A DNA stretch of 62,371 bases, filler included, from Gonapodya sp. JEL0774 (Eukaryota), in the NCBI GenBank assembly GCA_027604505.1. It is 3 parts of 3 records of this genome, joined end to end, with 100 filler letters (N's around TTAATTAATTAA, not from the genome) between each part and the next. Parts side by side here need not be neighbours in the genome. Positions count along the whole stretch, not along the records: positions 1 to 20,956 come from JADIIX010000246.1; 2 more parts are not named here. The stretch is one strand, 5' to 3'. Position 1 is the stretch's first letter. Each line of letters begins with the position of its first letter. The notes under the pieces were generated by a model. That model did not search any database, was not told where the DNA came from, and saw only the letters and a list, made by a program, of their open reading frames with translations. Made by a program: the position numbers and the translations under genes. Shown here piece by piece: positions 1 to 11,840 of this stretch.

Positions 1-2300
1 GTGGCGCAGAGCGGATTTGAGTCGGGTGATTCTGAACCCACGATATATCCGCGCCGGGTGCCTTGGTGCCGAGAGAGGAAGCAAGGGTATTGGTGAAGAC
101 GGTGGATGTGACTGAATTCCCAGGTCAATGAGGTGGCGGCGATTTATGATGAGTTGCGCGAAATGTGTTGCTCCTGTCAGACGAATTGAACTTGCCTGCA
201 ATCCCAAACACCGGTCCCAAGACGCCGAAAAAATTCTTTGTGAAGTGACACGCGACGACAAAATGAGTGGCGGTGTAGGCGAGATCGTTATGCCCAAGCA
301 AGACTCACCGCCACCGCAATTGCCTGTCCCATTACCTCCCTTGAGACGCAATTCTGTGCACCTGTAATTGGAAGCTGGATATACATACCGATTGACAGGC
401 CACATAAAATCACTGGGATATGTATGAGCGACCATGAGTTTCTGATTGCTTGCACTTCCGCCATGGTTGATCATACTCACTTATTCCCACTTGAGGGCCC
501 CAACCACTACTTTCATCTAAAACAGTCAGCAAACCCGTACCCGCCACCATTCCTGCCCCACCAGCAAACCACAATGGTCCGAATTTCCCTGTTTTGGAAA
601 CCATCCAACCTCCCAAAAGAACGGTGGGTTGGATGGATAGTATGAGGGGGACAGTGATAAGACCAGCAGAGAGTGCGGTTGATCCGTGAGCGATTTGGAG
701 CTGCCGATAGGCGGAGAAGGAAGAGGTTTTGTGGTGCACCACGAAAGCAGCGAAAGCCAAACAGCATCGTCCGATACTTACGTATATAGGCACGTAATAC
801 ACCACGGTGTTATACACCATGCCACCAAACAGTGATGCGGCAAAGACTACAACGGCTGGCCGGTTCAAGAACAGCGACGGGAGGATGATCGGTTCCGGAT
901 GTCGGAGTTCGAAGAATGCTAGCACCGGAATGAGAAGGACTGTGAATAAATGGGGCACGAAAATGAGTTTCTTTCATACCGCATCCTCCGCAATGGAAGC
1001 GAAAACGACCGTCATGCACTCACATCCGACAATCAGCATGCCCAACACCAAACCCGATGTCCATGCGAACTGAACTCCACCCAGACTCAGCGGTATCAAT
1101 ATCAAAACCATGCTGGCGCATAGCAAGATACACCCAGGAAAGTCAACTCGACGAAGGTTGCCAAGGTTTCCGCCGGGGGATCGTTCGTCAGGAGGGACGA
1201 GTAGCAGGACTGCAACAACGGTGATAGCACCGAGGGGAAGATTGAGGAAGCTGAATGCGTAGGGGTCAGTAATTCGACCTTGATCGATGGGGTAGTCGAC
1301 GGTGGACTTGAACAAGACCTCAACGACTCACAAGCACCACCGCCACCCCACCGTGTCAGTGAGCGCGCCACCAACAAGGGGGCCACAGACACCGGATACC
1401 GCATAGACAAGAGCAAATGAGCTGATATTGTGAGACGAGATGGGTGGGAAAATTGACAACAGCAAGCTTCTATTGTGAGATCTTATGTTGGTGCTTACCT
1501 CATGTATTTCGCATTCTCCCGTTGGCTCACCATGCCAGAGATCATAACAATCACGTTTATGAACAAGCCTCCCACACCCAACCCCGCCACCGCTCGCCCA
1601 ACGATCAACATTGGCATCGAAACGGCAGTGCCGCACAAGAGAGAACCGAATTCGAAGAGGAAAATTGCCGACAGATAGGTCCGCTTAAGGCCGAAAATTG
1701 TTCCAAGCTTGCCATAGATGGGAATGAGAGCTCTAAATGAATTGTAGTAATGGATGTTGTCACGAATTTTTGACTTCGCTTTCAAGCTATGAGGGGATTT
1801 ATCACTGAGCGCTCACGTGGTGGTGACGAGGTACGCTGTGGAGATCCAAGAAATGCCCTTGAGGTCCTGAAAGTCGGTGATGATTTTGGGGACCGCCGTT
1901 GACACTGGCAATGTGTTCGTTTGGGAGACATGTCAATGTAACTCCGGGAAAAAAGACGGCAGCGTGATCAAGTGATGCTCACCAATAGATTGATCTAATG
2001 CAGCAAGGAATATCGACAGTAGGAGGCTTGGTAGATCGAGTTTGGAGTGTGCATACATATGAGAAACGAAACATCCTCGTGGAATGCTTCCGACACCCAC
2101 CCAAAGAGTAGCAACCAAAACTTGGCATCCTTTGGTCGAAGCGATGTGCCAGCACCATTAGAGTTGGTAGTTTCTACTGCCTCGAGGTCGGTTTTCTCCG
2201 CTTCTTTGATGGCAGTCCCAGGTACGGCAGTTGAGGAGTCAGCTTCCAGTATCTCGAGAACAAGCTCTTTGCCGGAATCGTCGGATGTACTCGTTATCAT
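1..2300 (-). CDS. MFS drug:H+ antiporter (DHA2/ARN-like, 14-TM), multi-exon; 3' end runs off the window
   Basis: ATG at 2300 (MITSTSDD). Spliced exons give LLLSIFLAALDQSI, PIYGKLGTIFGLKR..IFLFEFGSLLCG, GRAVAGLGVGGL, GPLVGGALTDTVGWRW, FLNLPLG, VYYVPI, then MYIQLPITGAQ, NFFGVLGPVFGIA and VTSTVFTNTL to base 1. Confidence 0.93.
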
Positions 2301-2513
2301 CTCTTTTGTGCTCGAGTTTGTGCTCTAGGTGGACCAAACTTCCAGAACGGAGGAAGCATTTGGGGAGGCACTTTTCGTACCAGGCACTCGCCAATGAGAG
2401 AAGTTTCACCGGCCGGCACGACCAGACGCTTGTATTTTCGGTGCAACTCTCGTGCAGAAATCAAAACGAGCGCACTGGCCGCTCTCCAGGACCTATGCAA
2501 ATAATCGTACATT

Positions 2514-4353
2514 TTATCTTCTCACGTGCTCTTTCTCCCTTGTTAATTTCTCCACCACATCAACCTCTCTGGCGTAAACGTCCTCCCCTAATACCTCCCG
2601 TGCAAATTCGGGGTAGTGCTTTACACCAGTGGCCGGATGAGACTTGATGCGGTTAGCAAGGTATTGCCAACCGTCTGAGGCACCGGACGGTTCGAGAGGT
2701 TGTACTACGAAGTGATAAATCACAGGATGAGAGTGTGAGAAGAGGGGGGAAAGGGTGGAGCCGTCGAACACGGTTCCTTCACTATCTGACTGATCCGGTA
2801 ACCGAAAAATTTACCCACCATCGCTCACGACTTCTCCTCTGTCGACTACTTCCAACCGCACATCTTCAGGTACCTCAAGAGGCTCCCAAGGTACTTCCAG
2901 TGCCACGTCCTGGAAAAAGGGGCACGAGTATCTGTCCATCCCCGGCGGAGGAGGGAGCACCCGGTGGGTAGTCGCGAGGAGGACCCCGCGTGTGAGATAT
3001 TGCAGTCCTTTACCAAGGTTCACAACTTGGGCGTTGAGTGCGTCCCAGGTAAACATGTTGGAGTGAATGCGAGGCGAATATGCCAGATTGGAGCTCAGTG
3101 ACACTCACCAAAAGTCCCTTCCCGCGGTGGCACATCGATCCACTTTCCAGAATGATTTTGTACTTGCAATCCTGGTACGTCATTCACTTGCAGGAGAAAG
3201 GTGAGCCAACCGTCCTATTCGATTCGGTGATGAGAAACGTTGTCATTTTGGTCGCATCCACTTAATTGCGAGAACCTGTGCTTCATTACATACTTTATGC
3301 GGTCCCACACCCTGGGCATTGGGTGCGCTGGTCGGTGGATAGTGAACCATCTAGATAGATGTGACGTGTGGTCAACAGCACTGGCTTCAGTCTGTGGGTC
3401 CAGCGCCGTTGTGCGTAAATGGAGGCTTCACCTTTATTCTACCTTGCGGTATACTCTCGTCTTCCAAAAATTTGTCGAATGCTCCACGTGGAAGCCCGAT
3501 TGACTCTACCAAATAGGATGGATGGAGATTGAGATTGTCAGATGTGTGCTGTTTTAGCATGAGAAATTTCAAAGCAGTGATCCCGACTTTTTGCTCACCG
3601 GCCACCAGTTTAATGAACTCTCTACTTAATGGTGCTAAAGTTCTGACATACTTTCTGGCATCCTCCTTGAACCCTGGTGCGTCTTCCTCATCCGGCCAGG
3701 GGTTGGGACCCGGGCGCATTCGACGGTACAACGGGTCCGTCGACGGATTGTAGACGGAAGGACTGTCGGGGCCTAGGTCTTGCGATCATGGAGTAAATGA
3801 GTTAACCTCCCAGCCATACAGTTGGCAATACGGATTTCGAGCCTTACCAATGTGTTCTCTAATGTCAGGCGCACCAGCCGTACGTTCAAATGCGAGGCGA
3901 TTATATCCATAGAAGTGTGGAGAGTCCAACTGCGCGAAAGCAGTTTGAGAAGTTTGGTCGCCGGCTGGGCATGTCAATCGACCCAAATTGGGAATGTCGA
4001 GCCAACACTGACCATGTCCATTTTGAGCTTCTTTTGTAGTGGCAAGTCAAATACGCTGACGGTATGACGTTTGATCTTGTTCACGAGGTCGGATGGTACG
4101 GGGTGGCTGAGTGAATAGATCGAGTACAATTGGTTCCGGTTCCGGTTCGCCGAGTCGTATGGAAGACGGGAATCCACTTGAGAGCCTTATGCGGAAGTAG
4201 GAACGTTTTCTTTATGACTCACTTTTTGAGGTACATGAATCCAACGTGGAGAAGAACGTCTCGGAGCTGGCGAAGAAAGTCTGCTCGGTGAGCAGGATCA
4301 CCAGAGGAGACAAGGCCCCAGTCCAACTCGGGAATCGAAGAAAAGTCTCTCAT
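2514..4353 (-). CDS. 2-oxoglutarate/Fe(II)-dependent oxygenase (IPNS/DIOX_N family), multi-exon
   Basis: DIOX_N-like start MRDFSSIPELDW..LLHVGFMYLK; GPNPWPDE..PGFK; HxD motif GVGPHK|DGWLTFLLQ across an intron; GLQVQNHSGKWIDVPP; VVNLG..ATTHRV distal His; stop TAA at 2514. Confidence 0.92.
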
Positions 4354-4614
4354 GAGGGGATCGCGGCACTGAGCAGAAGGTTGCGGCCAACTTGAAGGAT
4401 GATGCGCTCGTGGCTTTGATGTTTCTCTTGTCCAAAAACAATTGCGACAGAAGTACACCTAACGGCAGTTGAGTCATCCTCATCGTGAGGGAGGGGAGCT
4501 CTGTATTCGCGCATCCTCCCCCTTCACCGTATATAGAGGACTAATATGCTATTGTAGATATGCGTACGTACGTGTGACAATCTGTTTACTTCTGGCCGGC
4601 TGGTCGACAACCGG

Positions 4615-6179
4615 TCAACGGCAATCACCATCCAACATAAACCGTGCCAAATCGTATCCGACATCCTTCATCGCCTCAGAGAGAACAACTATCTGAGGTT
4701 GACTTATTCCGAGACTTCTCACAACCGCAACCACTGACATGTCCCGGAAACAGATTAGACTCAAAATATCATGGGCAAGATCCACATATGAAGTTGGTGG
4801 CTCGCCATGTTTGCCAAGCAGAAATTCGGCGGCAGCAATTTCCACTGATATGCCTTTCAAATGCCGAGCTGACATCTGAAGCAGAGGAGGCACCATGGAC
4901 TCGATACTTCCTTCATAACGATAAACTGTCCATCCAACCGCTGCCACCTGCCCAAACGTTCTCCAGGCGCTTCGAGAGTTTCCCAGCTGCGCTATAAACG
5001 CTCGCGCACGCCCCATACCGTCTAAGAGAGGGCAACTACACAGACTCACAGCAGCTGCAATCGGTCCAGAGAACTGTCCACGCCCATCACACCTCCGAAA
5101 CATCTGGATTGGATCGGTCCACTTTGCTGCATTTTGCATCACCCGTACCATGGAATGGCCCCCCGGGAACTTGTTTCGGACACTCCAATCTACAATCCAG
5201 AACGCATCGTCATCGCTTAAAACACTGGCTTCCACGAAATCATTCCAAGGAATATCACCGAGAAAGTTGGTGAGGTTCATCAAGATGGTTTCGCGAGGCA
5301 GACGTGATCGTTTAAGGGCATTCCAGAACTTTCTAGAGTCCCGATTGATGGGCGGAGACGTGTAAGCGACAACAGCCTGAAGTTTCCTGAGTCGCTGCAA
5401 AAATTGGTGCCATTCGTGGTCTGTAAAGCCTGCAGGTGAGCGAGACGCGGTTTCCGCTGTCATGATGGTGGGGACATGAGGTTGCGCCTGGCGCACGAAG
5501 AATCACGATCGACAGCATCTCGCTAGTCAGTCATAGTGCCTAGATGTTGAAACGTTTCCAGCGAGTTACTTGCCTCAAACTCGATCGCAGTTTGGATCGA
5601 TCGCCTGTACAAATTCAGCTCTTCGGGATGCAGGCACCTCTCTAGGAACCGAAGAATCTCTGGACGGTCGCTATAACCGAGTCGAACCATGATGATGGCT
5701 ATCGTTGATGCATCCAATTTGGTCACTCTCCCCACAATGTCCGCGAGCGTCACGAAATCCGTATCCAAGCCGAGCCCCTTCAACGTTTCCACTGCGAAAT
5801 CAAGACCATACACCTTGAACAACAAAAAGAATCCATCACGTAGGTCTCGCGGACTCTTGGTTGTACGGCAAGCGTTCTGGAATCGTAGCAAACATGTCTG
5901 GTGGACTGAGTGCTTGAAGTTGCGGGACACAGACCGAAGTGCCCACAGCTTGCACAGCCGCAGATGGAAGAGGATGTGATTCTGGAAAATTTCGCCTGTT
6001 TCGGCGACTTGGCAGGCAGCATTCCCAGTCATGTAAAATCGCCGGTCGAGGTGGGAAGGGTCCCCTCCTTTGACGAGTGGGGCTCTCGCAAAACCGATGA
6101 GGAACCGTTTTCGATCTATTACAGAGATCTGGTAATCGAGGTCCAAATTGAATAACAAGCTTTCGTCATTTAGAAGCAT
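4615..6179 (-). CDS. Uncharacterised protein with F-box-like N-terminus (local family copy 1); the two ORF-track ORFs are joined by a GC-AG intron at 5488-5573
   Basis: GAG|GCAAGT donor and GCCAG|GCG acceptor join the 218-aa and 293-aa ORFs in frame. N-terminal motif EIFQNHILFHLRLCKLWALRSVSRNFK is F-box-like. Clearly homologous to 14712-16279. Confidence 0.75.
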
Positions 6180-6519
6180 CTATATTGGAGCTGAAAGACA
6201 CTTCGAAAGTTGAGTACACAATTAGATCAAACGCAGGTGTTGCACAGAAATGCACAAGCACCTGGACGAACGGGGCACTTTCGCACTCCGCTTCTTTCAT
6301 TATCATTTGCACATGAGCGTATGCCGTGCTCGCTTCCGATGCTATTTTGAGGAAAAAGATCGGTGATCCAGTCAAAACAGAAAACACCGCACAAACAAAC
6401 AATCCTCACATCAGAACCCTCTCCACCGCCCAAATCCGCTGACATGCCATCCTATGCTCGATCTCAAGAGCAGACCCAACATCCGAGCTTGATTCCCAGT
6501 AGCACCGGCCGTTGTATAC

Positions 6520-6912
6520 ATGAAGTTGAACAACCTGATCGAACCCAAAGATATGGGCCAAAGCCGTTGGACCCAGCGGCCGGCTACGTCCTCTCCCCCT
6601 ATATCATCCCACGGCCTTGAGCGGCACACCGTGCTGGATATACCCCCCGGATTCTTTGGTCATTTCCGCGTGAAACCTCTTGCATCCCCCTCCCATATCG
6701 GATCACAACGTCAGCTGTGCGGCTTACCACGGACAATTTGCTTGAGCGTCATCTGCGTCCTGGTTCTGTCGGGGATCGCAATTACGACAGCAGTAATGGT
6801 AGCGCTTGGAGGGGATAGATTTGGGGTGGTGGTGAATCAAGTTGAAAATCGATATGGGGTTGGTGGTGTCACGGGAGGATGGAATGCAACGACGTTAAGA
6901 CTGGGTCAATAG
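6520..6912 (+). CDS. Possible small membrane protein
   Basis: 130-aa ATG-started ORF with one hydrophobic stretch (ICLSVICVLVLSGIAITTAVMVAL); no recognisable family. Confidence 0.3.
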   Translation: MKLNNLIEPKDMGQSRWTQRPATSSPPISSHGLERHTVLDIPPGFFGHFRVKPLASPSHIGSQRQLCGLPRTICLSVICVLVLSGIAITTAVMVALGGDRFGVVVNQVENRYGVGGVTGGWNATTLRLGQ

Positions 6913-7322
6913 AACCAGATTTGAGGGACGGAGCTTCTGGAGCGCCCACGATCGCAATTCTCACCTAGATGGGGGCGCCTGCAACGACGGTGCGCTCACC
7001 TCAAGCTTTTCCTCCAATCACCAACAATATGATCCGCCAGCTGAAACCAAGGTGGAATTAAGGGCTAGGGCGATCTATGGACAACTTTCCTTCAATTTTG
7101 TCTGCGCTTTCCCCCGCATCACAGTTTGATAATGCCTTCCGAAAGGGGCACTTCGCGCAACATGTAGTTTTGGTAGTGAATTTTGGAATAGGCGATTCCC
7201 GAAATTTAGAACTTGTAAATTGAACTACAGATTCGTGTTCAGGACAATCATTTCATATGAGGTAGATAATCATGTACAAGTATATGCGCTTCGTTTTCAA
7301 CACATCAAACTGAATGAGGCTG

Positions 7323-8637
7323 TTACCTGCACACCTCCTCGTACCTCCCAAGAGCCCTCCGATTGCCCACATCTCTCTCCACCCTCGGTAAATGTGCCCA
7401 CGTGAGAATTTGCTTTCCAGTCGGGTCGAGACGCTCGGAAGAGCGGACTTCGGAAGTGTGGAACATCCTTGGTATGGAGATGAGAAAGTGGGAGCAAACA
7501 TTTTACGAAGTTCATGAGGTTGGATGCTGAATTCGCGGTGGTTAACATACCAATAATGCCCGTTGTTGCACGACGACATGCAAGGTTCGCTGGTGGGGAA
7601 GAGACGTACGAAAGGCTGACATCAACGCACGTTCCGGCCAATGAAACAATTTCCCCCAAAATAAGATGTCTCATGACTCACCATGGTTGTGTTACGTGGT
7701 ATCCTACGACATTTCCGCTATTGGTGGTTGTGGTACGAATAGTTCAGTGTGAATTATGGCGCCCAGCACCAGATAAATACTCACCATCCGACACATCCCA
7801 CGTCCCGAATGCGACAATAGCAATTCCTGGTCGTGTAGTCATCGCCGACGAGTTGCACACCGAAAGGTGGCGAGTCCGTACTGTACAGTTCCACGGTGGT
7901 GTCGGCGAGGAGGATAGCCTTCATGCCCCGGCGACACTAACAGCGCAAACATCGAGACGCGGATATGGTCGTATGGACAACAAACTCAAAGTGAGAATGT
8001 AGAGAACGAGGCTCGACGCATGGAATACACCTGGACAGCTCACCACGACCTGTGCGCACCACTTGCAGCTCAGTTCACAGACGACCTTACTTCGAAACTG
8101 GGGATGCATGCTCGGAGCTGATGGCTGTTGCTGCGATGCGTGCATTCCCATCTGCATTCCCATTTGTAGAGCCAGTTGCGGCTGCATGTTGCCTGGACTC
8201 CACATGAGGTCTGACGCACGCATACCTTGAAGAAGCATGGCTGCCGGGAAAGGGGTACGGATAGATTCGGGACGGGGACGTAGACTCGGAGGCAGAGATA
8301 TGTCTTGCGGTACGGTACCAGGAGGTTGAATTGAGGTGATGGTGTAGCCTGAAGAGGTGGCAGATGCGGGGCGCAGAGCTGGAGGTGCCGGAGTGTCAAG
8401 CTGCGGTGGCAATGAGGGTGCGCTCGGTTGCTGACCAGGGGTCGGAGCAGGCGGTCTGGATGGAGATGTTGGAGTTGGCAAGTTCTGCGGGTTCATGTGG
8501 TCCGGTTGCTGCTGTTCGTACGGAGATACGGGTCTTAGCGAGGGAATAGACCGGTGTGTTCTTCTTCCTGAAGCATTGAGAGTGGGATCTGAAACCTGCT
8601 GCGGAATAGTGTTCGGGCGAGGTGGGAGGCTCGACAT
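7323..8637 (-). CDS. FAM72: FAM72-family protein with a long Pro/Gln-rich N-terminal extension, multi-exon
   Basis: VCELSCKWCAQVV|CARGMKAILLADTTVELYSTD..NCYCRIRDVGC..SSCNNGHYW|MFH..RLDPTGKQILTWAHLP..EEVCR* matches the FAM72 Cys-rich pattern; ATG 8637, TAA 7323. Confidence 0.9.
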
Positions 8638-9252
8638 TTTAGATGCTGAGAGTCCAAGAGAATCAAAAAGTCCTGAGCGCCAGAAAGACAAGGTCAAGGT
8701 GCGAATGACACCCTGGATCAGTTGGCAAGGAATAGAAAAGCTCAACCGTACGAAAGCTCACAATAGGCCCGGACTATGTTGCGATGATGAGGGCGTTCCC
8801 ACTTCGCTACTCGAACAAATCCAGGAGTATTGGAAAGATTTCGTACCAAGTGCGATAGTTCTTCGCCGTATTGAACAAGTTTTCTTTCGCAGCCGGCGTT
8901 TGTTTTGGGCGAACATCGTTCCATTGCGAAGGGGCAGGGTAGGGCAGGTGATCATCACTTGGACGGCTCAACTGGTTGACCCAATCTTCTGTCTGCTTGA
9001 TCCGAACCACATATGACTGACATAGATCCACGGAGCAGCAAATAATTTCGAGATAGAAATACCCCGTTTGCGTAATGTAAATTGGGATGGCAAATACACT
9101 GAAGTATTGAATCCTGCCCGAACGACAAAGCATGCACACTCGAGCATGACAGAGATAGCCATGGAAACATTGTTCTTGTTAGACATCGCGACCTCACTTT
9201 TTTGTTGCGAAGGTGAAGTTTTGGACAATTGAATTCTTGGAAGATCGCAACG

Positions 9253-10074
9253 ATGCAGATTTTACCAGCTGAAGCACTGTTCGCATCCTCGGAGATTTTC
9301 CAAGATCACATCCTTCCTCTCCCGTCTTCGAGGAGGATCAGTTGCATGCAGCATCGCGGACAGCTCGAAGTGGACTGACGCACTCGAACTTTGGTGCATC
9401 TGCGATGGTCGCAGGTTCGTTTCTGGACCAACAGCAGTCAGTGCGATCATTTGCAGCTGCACGGACATAAATGAAGGGCTCAACCGAGCCCGGGCTTTCC
9501 TGTTTGGTTTCGAGAATGACCTGGAGGCATGGACAATTTTGGGTGAAGCTGCTGCAGTTCAAGCTGATTTGACATGTGACGATTACTTTGATATTCAGGA
9601 TCTGGTGCCATTTCTCTTCCGAATGCTCGCACATGGTGAAGGGGACATTGAGGTCATATCGCAGTACAACCACAACGCCGCAGCCGCCGCTTTTCTGAGG
9701 GGAATGTACGGTCGGCGTATAGATAATGATTTTGTGGGACTTGCAGGCAGCTTTCCGCATCGTTTTCGGAGCACAACAGTCCGTGGAGGGTGTTGACGTT
9801 GTGAAGTGTCTTCGGCTCTCACCGGCTGAGCGCAAAGAGTTTCATGCAGCGCTGACAATGGTCCAGTCAAAGCAAATCCAGTCGGTATTAGAGAGTGTAA
9901 AGAGGGTTGTGACTTTTCAAAACTGGTACATACTACCAAAGGGTCCGTGCACTTTGCAGGCACCATTCTCTGGTGAAATCGTCGCATATTCCCGTGATTT
10001 GTGCACATATGCAACGATTACCAGCGGAAACACTTCTCTCATCCTCAGAAATCTTCCAAGATCACATCCTTTGA
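9253..10074 (+). pseudogene. Internally deleted, frameshifted copy of the F-box-like family (copy 4), followed by a second N-terminal fragment
   Basis: MQILPAEALFASSEIFQDHIL jumps out of frame to SKWTDALELWCICDGRRFVSGPTAV..NRARAFL..AWTILGEAAAV (copy 1: KWTDPIQMFRRCDGRGQFSGPIAA..GRARAF..AWRTFGQVAAV). Another frameshift lies near 9750. LPAETLLSSSEIFQDHIL* recurs at 10018-10074. Confidence 0.8.
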
Positions 10075-10174
10075 CAACAATATAATATATTAATACTGCA
10101 CTGTACACGGCGGGGCGTGTACTCAGTCATGGAGGTAAGTTGCGTTCAATTCCGGCCTTACATATCGTGTCCAA

Positions 10175-11695
10175 TTATGTCCGCCTTGGGCCATCCACTT
10201 CGGCCTCTGCACTGTCCTCGTTCCTGACCACCTTTTTCCAACGGGCCCACTCCTGTACAGCTTTCTTTACTTGTCGAAAATCTTCGTACACCGTCCACCG
10301 CATGTCCTTTCTACTCAAATCGCCGTCATGATCCTTTTCACCAGATTTCTGCCCCATCCCCGTCCACTCGGAGACACCCGGTCGTTTTGTCACTTCGGCT
10401 GACAAGCCAGCAGATCCCGTAGCCGTCGCGACCCCATGCTGAACGTCCCGAGAAACATCTTCCCCACCAACACCAAGAGCTAAAACACGATGAAGGTGTT
10501 TATCCTTGCGAGCGGCGACAAAGTCCGATTCCCATGCCACGGAAACGTCGTTGAATCCGTCGCCCACGAAGACCACTAGTGGGGATGTCGGCGCGTCGAG
10601 TTTGTCCGCTGTTTCCGCTTGAACTCTTTGACAATTGCCTGTGTTCTTTTCTCTCCACCACTCCCTCGCCGCTTTTACGACGCGTGATTTGTCGAATCCG
10701 CACTCCGAGTCGTCTGGGTGGTGCAGTCGCCATGTGCGGTAGTGGGGACGGTGGAAGTGGGGTTGAGGGGGGTTAGGAGGCGGAGGATACACTCTGCTAT
10801 GGGTTGGGCGGTGCAGGAGGGGGTGATTTGGATTCGGAAGGGGAGGTGCTGGTGTGGGAGAAGGAGGCGGAGTGTCGTGGTGCAGTGCACCGCGAGGGTG
10901 GCTCGCTGGTGCGAGACCACGTATATGTTGCGACGGAACTCCATGCGATTCCGCCATTGGGTGGTGATCGAATTCACCGTCACTCAAAGACGTTTCTGGA
11001 CTGTCCGGTACTTTTGCATCAAGGTTTTCCGTGACCGAGAGGGGACAAGCGATCACGCGAATCCTGTCAGCAATGTGAGCTGGTAAATGGTGGTGAAGGA
11101 GGTGGGAGACGCATGGTTGGAAGGCGCTGGTGCGGACCGAAACGTGAGGTCACAAGTGAGCCATTGGAGGCAGAGGAACGCCGCGACACGGAATAGCAAC
11201 CACGCACGAATTCAGTACGCGGTTCCACATATAAATATAAGTGACTACCTGTTTCTGTACTTCGATCTGCGTCGATCCAAACTCACCCGCTCAAGACAGC
11301 GACATCGAACACTCCACATTGATCCACCAAACACCAAGTGAGGAACTCCACAACCCCAACGTCAAGTGTGACACGTTCCTCCAATACAGAGCATGCTTCG
11401 TCCCAGGACAGATTGAGACGCTCTGTCATCTCGGCGTAAATGTCTCGAAACGGGCGGGTTTTGTTGAAGTACTCGTGGTTCAATCGAGTCAAGATTTCAC
11501 CCGTGGGATCGCTTGTGGACCGAGAGAAAAGCGTTGTGACGATATCCTGTTTCGAAAGAGTTCCACTGCCAACAAGAACAAAGGTCAGAGATAAAACGTG
11601 TTCCCATTCTTCCATCGTCAGCGCAGTCAACACTCAATTTGAACGTACTCAAAGTCCAAGAAGACCTGGACAGGCGCAACAGGTGTATCTGTCAT
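10175..11695 (-). CDS. HAD-superfamily phosphatase (MtnX / subfamily IB-like), multi-exon
   Basis: Motif I VFLDFD|GTLSKQD across an intron; motif II VAVLSG; motif III CGFDK; motif IV VFVGDGFND..DFVAARK. Confidence 0.85.
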
Positions 11696-11840
11696 TGCAA
11701 TTTCCGCTTCGTCGTGTCAAGGAGTTGCCAGAGCTGGCTTGGACTTGATGCAACGTCCTGGTGTTGGACCCAAGCCAAAGGCCACAGACTCGGTTTCCCA
11801 CTCCCGACCATCGGAATTGCTCTAATATCAGAACGCATCC

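Noticed and set aside
4615..6179. Toxin-antitoxin-like or dicistronic two-ORF operon, repeated at 14712-16279
   Set aside because: A conserved in-frame GC-AG intron explains both pairs as single genes more simply.
8742..9228. Overlapping short ORFs upstream of FAM72
   Set aside because: No recognisable motif or consistent splice model on either strand.
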